Assembly (NCBI GenBank): GCA_018674305.1
Contig: JABHAL010000001.1
Location: 68,635-132,634 of the forward strand
Source: Candidatus Falkowbacteria bacterium
Lineage (GTDB): Bacteria; Patescibacteriota; Patescibacteriia; UBA11705; JABHMO01
Direction of reading: 5' to 3'
DNA length: 64,000 nt
In this document: piece by piece, positions 57,401 through 64,000 of the stretch
Layout of the letters: the number at the start of each line of letters is the position of its first letter
How positions within the stretch are numbered: the first letter of the stretch is position 1
Program-made: the position numbers and the translations under genes
The notes under the pieces: generated by a model
Seen by the model: the letters and a program-made list of their open reading frames with translations, nothing else
Database searches by the model: none
Told to the model about the DNA's origin: nothing

Positions 57401-60400
57401 GTCAGCAGTACACTCATATGTGCCTAGTCCACACTCACCAAGCGCCAGACAATCAATTCCGATCGGGAAGTTTTCATCAATCATACCATCACAGTTATTG
57501 TCCAGGTTGTCGCAAAGTTCATCAGTCGGCTCAAGCGCTTCCGCACTGCAAACCTCCTGACCATCAACTGAACACACGAATGTGCCAGCCACTTCGCATT
57601 CACCTACACCATCACTGCACGGCATACCAAGATTAACAAAATCCTCATCAACCTCACCGTCACAATCGTTGTCCGCACCATCACAAACTTCTTCTGGTAA
57701 CGGACCACATTCGCCACAGGCGTTGAGAAGGTCCTCGTCAACCTCGCCGTCGCAGTTATTGTCCTCGCCATCACACACTTCGGCAGGAACATCACCGCAC
57801 TGACCACAAGCATTAAGCAGACCTTCGTCCACTTCACCGTTGCAGTTATTATCAAACCCGTCACAAACTTCGTCACCAGGCTCAATTGCATCAATGCAAT
57901 CTCCCCAAGTGCCATCAGCCTGACAAGTCTGAACTCCGAATTGGCAAACGCCTTCATCCGAAGTGCCACACTGCTTCGTCATACCAGGATCACAGGCACA
58001 GACATCATCGAGCGTATCAACCTGCCCATTGCAGTCGTTATCCATATTGTCCCCACACACTTCCGGAATTGAAGCATCTTCGCTTCCACCAGGTGCTGAA
58101 GAACAAATAACGCCTGCTAGGTCAGCAGTACACTCGTATGTCCCTGATCCACATTCTCCAAGAGCCAGACAGCCAACTCCGAGTGGGAAGTTTTCATCAA
58201 CCAACCCGTCGCAGTCATTGTCCAGATCGTCACAAACTTCGTTCACCGGATCACTAGGTACAGCGCTACAAACTTCCAGCCCCTCTGAACAAACAAAGGT
58301 CCCTTCAGTTTCACACTCACCCTGACCAGCCGAACAAAGTTCACCTAGATTAATATAATCTTCATCTGTTTCACCGTCGCAGTCATTGTCTGCACCATCG
58401 CAGACATCAATGCCCGGCTCAACATTTCCTATGCAATCGTCCCATGTACCATCAGGCAAACAATCCCGCATACCGAACTTGCAAAGTCCAACGTCGCTAC
58501 TCCCGCACTGCTCTTCATCACCAGGGTCGCAAGAGCAACCCTCGTCAACCGAGCCATCACAGTCATTATCAACGTTGTCTCCACAGTCTTCAGCTACGGA
58601 AGCGTTTTCACTGCCCTCAGGATCACTGGAGCAAACTGTGCCACTGCCATCCGCATTACACTCAAGAGTGCCTGCGCCACAGCCGCCCATACCATTGCAA
58701 GGCGCACCGACGAAGAAACCCTCATCAACACTACCATCGCAATTGTCGTCCAGTCCATTACAGGACTCGCCAACATTGGGATTGATCATAGGATCTGCGT
58801 CGTTGCAATCCCCTTCACAGATTCGAACACCGTCCTCATCTGCATCAGATTCATCCAAGGGAATTTCATCATCGCAATTATCGTCAAGTCCATTACACAT
58901 TTCTTCTGGCAATGGCTCAACATTTCCTACGCAATCACCCCAGGTGCCGTCATCAAGACAAGTCTGCCAACCGGTCATGCAAATTCCAACAGAAGAACTG
59001 CCACACACCTGGATGTCACCAGGATCACAAGCGCAATCCTGATCAACGAGACCATCGCAGTCATTGTCGGTATTATCACCACAAACTTCGGCCAAAGACT
59101 CATCCAAACTGCCGCCAACATCAGTTGAACAAACAGTGGAATTTTCATCCAGGCATTCCAGCTGACCCATACCACAGGCACCTACACCATTGCAAGGAGC
59201 ACCGACGAAGAAACCTTCATCAACACTACCATCGCAATTATCGTCAATCCCATTACAGACTTCATCTGCAGCAGGATTAACAGCCGCATTGGTATCATCA
59301 GTATCACCATCGCAAATTCGGAACTCATCCTCGTCTGCGTCAGCTTCATCATCGGGAACAGCGCCGTCACAGTCATCATCCAAACCATTGCAAAGCTCCG
59401 GTCCGGGATTAACTGAGTCAACGCACTCACCCCAAAGGGAATCATCCCCACAAGTCTGTTCACCAATCTGGCAAACACCCTCGTCTGTCATACCGCACTT
59501 TTTGACAACATCATCTTCTTCTGAATCACACTCGCAACCTTCATCAACGCTGCCATCACAGTCATTGTCAATCAGGTCACTGCACACTTCATCTAAAGAC
59601 ATATCATCAGCGCCGTTCGGCATAGTTGAGCAAAGGTAAGTACCTTCACCGTCACACTGATAAGTCCCTGCACTGCAAGCGCCAAGTCCAACGCACGGTA
59701 CATTGACAAAGAAATCTTCATCAACATCACCATCACAATCGTCATCAACACCATTGCAGAGCTCAGGAGCGTTCAAGTAAGTTGTGGCATTAGCCTCATC
59801 GCAGTCACCTGCGCATTCCGCCATACCATCACCATCCTGATCAATCTCCGTTTCCGGAACCTCTGTGTCACAGTCATCATCTAGGCCATTGCATTCCTCG
59901 GGAATCGGTTCAACAGAACCTTCACATTCGCCCCAAGTTCCGCCGGCCTGACATTCCTGCCAGCCAAGCTGACAAACGCCTTCAACACTGCTTCCACAAA
60001 TCTGCCAATCGGCCTCATCACATGAACAGCCCTCGTCAACGCTGCCATCACAGTCGTTGTCCAGGTTATCGCTGCACAGTTCAAAGATCGACTGCTCGTC
60101 ACTGCCGCCAGGCATAGTGGAACAAATGGTAGCCGTATCGCTGTAACATTCCAGCATACCAGTACCACAAGCGCCAACACCTTCGCACGGAGCGCCAACA
60201 AAGAAACCTTCGTTAACCTCTCCATTGCAGTCATCGTCAATCGCATTGCAAATCTCCGGCATGGCCGGATTTACTCCAGCGTCCGTGTCATTACAATCAT
60301 TGTCACAAATCCGCCAACCGTCGCCGTCCTCATCCGCTTCATCAGCAGGCACAAGTCCGTCGCAGTCATTATCAAGCCCGTCACAAAGTTCTTCTGCTCC

Positions 60401-60994
60401 AGGATGATAGGCAGGAGTTAAATCATTGCAATCACCGTCGCAAACGCGGTAACCGTCATTATCCTGATCAGCTTCAACATCAGGAATCTGACCATCACAG
60501 TCATCGTCCAATCCGTTACAAGCTTCTTCAGGAACATCACCACAGCCACCACAGTTATTGAGCACACCCTCATCAGTTTCGCCATCACAGTCATTATCTA
60601 CTGTGTCACAAACTTCAGCAGGTACCTCACCGCACTGGCCGCAAGCATTCTTCACACCTTCGTCAATCTCACCGTCGCAGTCATTATCCTTGTAATCGCA
60701 AACCTCAGCCGTAGCTGAGCAGGTCGGAGTACTGGGATCAGTTACGCCACTCCCATCAGGGTCATAAGCGCAGTAACCGCCAACACCTTCCACAACCTGA
60801 CAAAGCCAACCACCACCATGACCTGCCTCAAAGCAGTCCTCATTAGTGGTGCACTTAGTCTTGCACTCGCCATCAACTGAAACCTGGGCCTCAGCACAGT
60901 TGTCACCATCATCTGCGGTTCCGTTATCTCCGCTACAAGCAGAAAACACAGAAACCAACGCCAACGCTACCATTGCTACGAAAAGATTCCTCAT
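54440..60994 (-). CDS. Giant Cys/Asp-rich repeat lipoprotein (MopE-like putative metal-binding repeats)
   Basis: RBS ggaggtg; MRNLFVAMVALALVSVFSAC lipobox; dozens of E.C(D/N)G.D(N/D)DCDG..DE repeats. Confidence 0.85.
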   Translation of the reverse strand: MRNLFVAMVALALVSVFSACSGDNGTADDGDNCAEAQVSVDGECKTKCTTNEDCFEAGHGGGWLCQVVEGVGGYCAYDPDGSGVTDPSTPTCSATAEVCDYKDNDCDGEIDEGVKNACGQCGEVPAEVCDTVDNDCDGETDEGVLNNCGGCGDVPEEACNGLDDDCDGQIPDVEADQDNDGYRVCDGDCNDLTPAYHPGAEELCDGLDNDCDGLVPADEADEDGDGWRICDNDCNDTDAGVNPAMPEICNAIDDDCNGEVNEGFFVGAPCEGVGACGTGMLECYSDTATICSTMPGGSDEQSIFELCSDNLDNDCDGSVDEGCSCDEADWQICGSSVEGVCQLGWQECQAGGTWGECEGSVEPIPEECNGLDDDCDTEVPETEIDQDGDGMAECAGDCDEANATTYLNAPELCNGVDDDCDGDVDEDFFVNVPCVGLGACSAGTYQCDGEGTYLCSTMPNGADDMSLDEVCSDLIDNDCDGSVDEGCECDSEEDDVVKKCGMTDEGVCQIGEQTCGDDSLWGECVDSVNPGPELCNGLDDDCDGAVPDDEADADEDEFRICDGDTDDTNAAVNPAADEVCNGIDDNCDGSVDEGFFVGAPCNGVGACGMGQLECLDENSTVCSTDVGGSLDESLAEVCGDNTDNDCDGLVDQDCACDPGDIQVCGSSSVGICMTGWQTCLDDGTWGDCVGNVEPLPEEMCNGLDDNCDDEIPLDESDADEDGVRICEGDCNDADPMINPNVGESCNGLDDNCDGSVDEGFFVGAPCNGMGGCGAGTLECNADGSGTVCSSDPEGSENASVAEDCGDNVDNDCDGSVDEGCSCDPGDEEQCGSSDVGLCKFGMRDCLPDGTWDDCIGNVEPGIDVCDGADNDCDGETDEDYINLGELCSAGQGECETEGTFVCSEGLEVCSAVPSDPVNEVCDDLDNDCDGLVDENFPLGVGCLALGECGSGTYECTADLAGVICSSAPGGSEDASIPEVCGDNMDNDCNGQVDTLDDVCACDPGMTKQCGTSDEGVCQFGVQTCQADGTWGDCIDAIEPGDEVCDGFDNNCNGEVDEGLLNACGQCGDVPAEVCDGEDNNCDGEVDEDLLNACGECGPLPEEVCDGADNDCDGEVDEDFVNLGMPCSDGVGECEVAGTFVCSVDGQEVCSAEALEPTDELCDNLDNNCDGMIDENFPIGIDCLALGECGLGTYECTADGVDVICSSAPGGSEDASAPEVCGDNLDNDCNGQVDTLDDVCTCDPGMTKQCGSSDEGVCQFGVQTCQAEGTWGDCVGAVEPGDEVCDGSDNNCDGEVDEGLLNACGQCGDVPAEVCDGEDNDCDGEVDEDYLNLGEVCSVGQGECETEGTFVCSEGLAVCNVVPGDSMDELCDGLDNDCDGLIDENFPLGVGCLALGECGAGTYECTADEASVICSSAPGGSEDASAPEVCGDNLDNDCNGQVDTLDDVCACDPDMTKQCGTSDEGVCQFGVQTCQADGTWNDCQGAVAPSDEVCDGVDNNCDGEVDEDLLNACGQCGDVPAEVCDGEDNDCDGEVDEGLLNDCGQCGDAPAEVCDGEDNDCDGLIDESFPVGFECLAAGECGSGVLECNQDGTGVICSVAVGGSEDASVPEVCGDNLDNDCDGMVDTLDDECDCEPGATMSCGTTDVGVCQYGESFCENDGSWSDCVGNVEPATEEACNGLDDDCDGAVDQDEVDSDADGEMVCEGDCSDGDPAVNSGADELCNGQDDNCDGAVDEGYYVGVPCLGYGACGAGVYECANDFGYQCSTMPGGSEDQSSPEDCNDLVDNDCDSSVNEGCECTPDDTEQCGTTDEGECDYGEQTCSAQGLWGDCVGNVEPKPEECNGLDDNCNGAVPLDEADDDGDGERVCAGDCNDDAASINTSADEVCNGLDDDCDGSVDEGFFIGAPCVGTGTCGLGSWECADEALTICSTNPDGSADQSVAEVCGDNLDNDCDGSADEDCDCDPDDLAICGTTEDGVCQQGLQTCENDGTWGACVGNVEPIEELCNGLDDDCDTEVPANEADADADGFMLCDDDCDDGDADVYPGADEVCNGVDDDCDGDIDEDCPTIYCNICCGYGLGHPVVWSGGIPVDTWSAEGYCGVWSGTIQQICLRGEYPVQGYEEDGWIDWNCQNGNEWGGWETDGVLWCVDQDGTPVTFEAVEGQVDPEDPDPEGEVILLDNICPQ

Positions 60995-61262
60995 CACTTC
61001 ACCTCCAGTTGAAAGAATTGCATTCACATTGATCAATCGAGTCTTCATCCTCTCCTCCATTATAGAAAAAATTTTTACCTCAATTGTAAAGGTTCAGCTC
61101 CAAACTAGAGCTCTAAAAATCTAGCAAATTTTTTTATCAATTTACTGCCAATTAAAGCTCTAAAATTAGTTTTTTAACTTATAAATATATCAAATTTTGA
61201 AGACTTTGTCAATAGCTATCAACTATCCATGATTTATAGCTAAATTTAGAATAAAAACAAAA

Positions 61263-61297
61263 AAAGAGCTATAAGTTCGTGGAACTTATAGCTCTTT
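61263..61297. terminator. Intrinsic terminator
   Basis: aaagagctataagttc-gtg-gaacttatagctcttt. Confidence 0.85.
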
Positions 61298-61305
61298 GTG
61301 TTAAA

Positions 61306-64000
61306 TCAATTTGAGCACGTACCGCAGGTACAAATGCTCGGGATACTCATTTCCATCAGTCCTTGCCCAAGATTGTTCTCAGACAAATTGGAGTAATTGC
61401 ACTCCAGGACCGCTTCATTTCCCTGCCCATAGAATGTCTGGTTCGTAATAGGGAAAGAGTCGAGCAAGTTGAATTTGAAAGTTGGATGACACTCTCCCCA
61501 ACTACCATATAACTCACTTGGGAACGTCCAAATTTCATCTTCACAAGCGACAACTGACTCCAGTCCATTGCCATACCAGATTACAGCATACAGCATGCCT
61601 TCAGGACAATGGAATTTGCACTGCAAGTTACCATCCCAATTGCACTGATAGTAATCAGTACAAACTTGGCCAAATGAACACTCATCGTCTGAAGTGCATT
61701 CATCTAGACACTGATTGTCCTGGCAATTGAAACAGTAGTCAACGTCGACGTTGCACTTACCACTCGGCATACATTCAGTGTAGTACTGAAAAAGCGGTGG
61801 TCCATCAATGCAGATGGGCTCGGCCTGTGCGCAGTCTTCGTCAGTCTCACACAAGACACAACCTTCATTCAGATAATTATCACAACTGCCTTCCTGACAG
61901 GTATCGTAAGTACAAGGATTGCCATCATCGCAATCAGAATGCTCAACGCACTCGGGCTTCCCTTCAATCCAGAAGCAGACGTACTTGGAACAAACGCCAC
62001 CGAGTTCACACTCGGAAGAATCTGCACACGCCTGAGAGTCAAAGCAGTCTTCGGCGTCGCCCCACTCTGGATCTTCATACAAATTCATTTCGCAGAAGCC
62101 AGTAACAAAGCAATTACCAGTGAACTCATACACACCACCGTACTGGTCGTTGCAAATCGGATCAAGAGCACAGTCTTGATCTGAATCACAACTAACGATC
62201 AGTGAATTAAATACACATTCACCAACGCAGGTGGCCAAACTGGTGCACTCATCATCTGACTGACAACAAGGTTCCACCTCAATACCTGGCTGGCAAACGC
62301 CGGACTCACAGAAATTACCTGTAGAGCAGGTATTGCCATCATCACAAGCCACTCCGTCGTCGAAAGAGAATTTGCAGTAACCATTATCATTACAAAGTCC
62401 AACAGTACAAACGTTATCACTGAAATCCTCACACTCCTGATTCGTTGTGCAAGGCCAGCCACAAGCAAAGTACTGTTCATTCAGAGGATAGCAAACCTGG
62501 TCAGATCCGCAATCAAATACTTCATGAACACATATACCTTGTGAACAGATATTAGTTGTACAAGGATTGCCGTCATCACAGTCACTATTCATTGTACAAA
62601 TCGGATCACTGCACGATCCATCCGGCTGACAGATTTCCGTTTCACCACAGAACTGACCGATGAATTCAGACACAATCGGATTAACACAAGATCCCTCGAT
62701 GCACACATCATCAGTGCACATGTTAAAATCCACGCAATCCCAGTCAGTGCTACACTCATCCAGAATATGGAAACACTTGCCATAATCGCAGATGTCGCCT
62801 GTATCCAGATTGCCATCGTCGCAGTCCGAGTCATTCAGGCACTCGAAATACTTACAAAGGCCTTGAATGCAGATTGAATCAACCAGACACTGCTCATCAC
62901 CGTTACAGCACTGATATGTGCCATCGATGCAGGACAGTGAATCGTATACTGAAAACTCATCACACTCCAAACCGAAAGACACATCGTCAGGGCTACAGGT
63001 TGCAGCACAATCGTATGTATCGCAACAATCATTAGCAAACATGTTATAGCCATGTACGCACTGATCAGTATTGCTCTTGTAAATGTCGTAAGTGCACGAA
63101 TTATCATCATCACAAAGCAAACAAACTTCTGATGTAACATCATGCTCACAACCACCATTTACGCAAGTGTCAGTGCTACACGGATCCATATCATCACACT
63201 CATAGTCTGCTTCACACTCTGGTTGCGGTCCATAATTGCACTGCGAATTCTCACAACCATACAAACATATCAGCTGTGAATTTCCGGTTTCACACTTCCC
63301 CATATCACAAGAGAAGCCAGTACATTCAAGATTCGAGCCTTCACACACGCAATAGGAATCACCGCAATCAGTGTCATAAGCGCACTCGTTGCAACCACTT
63401 GCACCGCAACCAAAGTCACAGTATTTAGAAGTCACGTTCTGCACGCAAGAGTTATTCACACACGATCCGTTTGACCCACTACAGGTCCAGTGATCATTTT
63501 CACATCCACAACCACCGCCCGTACCACATTCACTGTCATCATTACAGCAACCATCGATTGAATGCTTGACACATGAACCTTCCACACATTGGTCGGAAGT
63601 GCAAACATCATCATCCTCACAGTCAGTATCCGAAGAACACTCCAGACACTCATTGCTCAGACAATCACCGGTGCAGGCATACGTCTTCACGTAACCTTCA
63701 CAAAGACTATCTTCACAACTACCAGTTGCCATATAAACAACCAGCATATTGTCGGTAGTGCAATAGCTGCCAGCTGTCTCCACACAAATCGAGTCATCAT
63801 TACAGCTCGACTCAGGCAAACAGCCTCCGTTCATGCAACCAGTTTCACACTCACTGACGTTCAAGCTTGAAGCCATACAGACTCCTTCAACACAAGAACC
63901 TGTAATATTCATCTGCCACTCGCCAAACTCATCGCAAGCAGTGTTTTCCAGATAACTACAATCGGTATCTGAATAACAGTCCACGTTCGAAACGTCTGAA
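61306..64000 (-). CDS. Cys-rich repeat protein (CDDGNPCT.D.C-type repeats), 5' end outside the window
   Basis: Repeated C..D.DC.D.N.CT.D.C..G.C; the frame stays open to the window edge. Confidence 0.85.
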   Translation of the reverse strand, partial: SDVSNVDCYSDTDCSYLENTACDEFGEWQMNITGSCVEGVCMASSLNVSECETGCMNGGCLPESSCNDDSICVETAGSYCTTDNMLVVYMATGSCEDSLCEGYVKTYACTGDCLSNECLECSSDTDCEDDDVCTSDQCVEGSCVKHSIDGCCNDDSECGTGGGCGCENDHWTCSGSNGSCVNNSCVQNVTSKYCDFGCGASGCNECAYDTDCGDSYCVCEGSNLECTGFSCDMGKCETGNSQLICLYGCENSQCNYGPQPECEADYECDDMDPCSTDTCVNGGCEHDVTSEVCLLCDDDNSCTYDIYKSNTDQCVHGYNMFANDCCDTYDCAATCSPDDVSFGLECDEFSVYDSLSCIDGTYQCCNGDEQCLVDSICIQGLCKYFECLNDSDCDDGNLDTGDICDYGKCFHILDECSTDWDCVDFNMCTDDVCIEGSCVNPIVSEFIGQFCGETEICQPDGSCSDPICTMNSDCDDGNPCTTNICSQGICVHEVFDCGSDQVCYPLNEQYFACGWPCTTNQECEDFSDNVCTVGLCNDNGYCKFSFDDGVACDDGNTCSTGNFCESGVCQPGIEVEPCCQSDDECTSLATCVGECVFNSLIVSCDSDQDCALDPICNDQYGGVYEFTGNCFVTGFCEMNLYEDPEWGDAEDCFDSQACADSSECELGGVCSKYVCFWIEGKPECVEHSDCDDGNPCTYDTCQEGSCDNYLNEGCVLCETDEDCAQAEPICIDGPPLFQYYTECMPSGKCNVDVDYCFNCQDNQCLDECTSDDECSFGQVCTDYYQCNWDGNLQCKFHCPEGMLYAVIWYGNGLESVVACEDEIWTFPSELYGSWGECHPTFKFNLLDSFPITNQTFYGQGNEAVLECNYSNLSENNLGQGLMEMSIPSICTCGTCSN

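Noticed and set aside
54413-63870. Many plus-strand and alternate-frame ORFs over the Cys-rich genes
   Set aside because: Shadow ORFs produced by repetitive codon usage of the real minus-strand genes

Overview
AT-rich bacterial window with almost all genes on the minus strand. The gene set (pilM, alpha2-type GlyRS, fused ADP-forming acetate-CoA ligase, PduL, 'GYAWSENIGW' and 'PPxGNVxPPLN' surface proteins, no biosynthetic pathways) suggests a Patescibacteria/CPR (Parcubacteria-like) genome; this is inference. The housekeeping backbone is pilM, rnhA, recJ, lepA, murJ, glyQS, frr, holB, mreB, dus, cysS, hrcA-grpE-dnaK...dnaJ and a glycosylation locus. It is interrupted by stand-alone accessory cassettes with their own promoters and terminators. 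Highlights: (1) seven tandem paralogues (40675-46457) share a near-identical ~65-aa N-terminal module fused to variable C-terminal domains; (2) many intergenic degenerate 7-9 bp micro-repeat arrays, often as inverted pairs, which also bracket a GxxExxY gene and precede a four-helix-bundle gene; (3) largely synonymously recoded 'ghost' copies of gene 3' ends after murJ and dnaK; (4) a duplicated pseudoknot-like leader in front of two RBSs; (5) a 6S-like ncRNA candidate; (6) a GIY-YIG gene between 29-bp inverted repeats, plus REP-like palindromes in terminators and inside grpE; (7) two very large Cys/Asp-rich myxobacterial-style repeat proteins that may share a C-terminal domain with a third protein. 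All calls come from reading motifs by eye; no searches were run.
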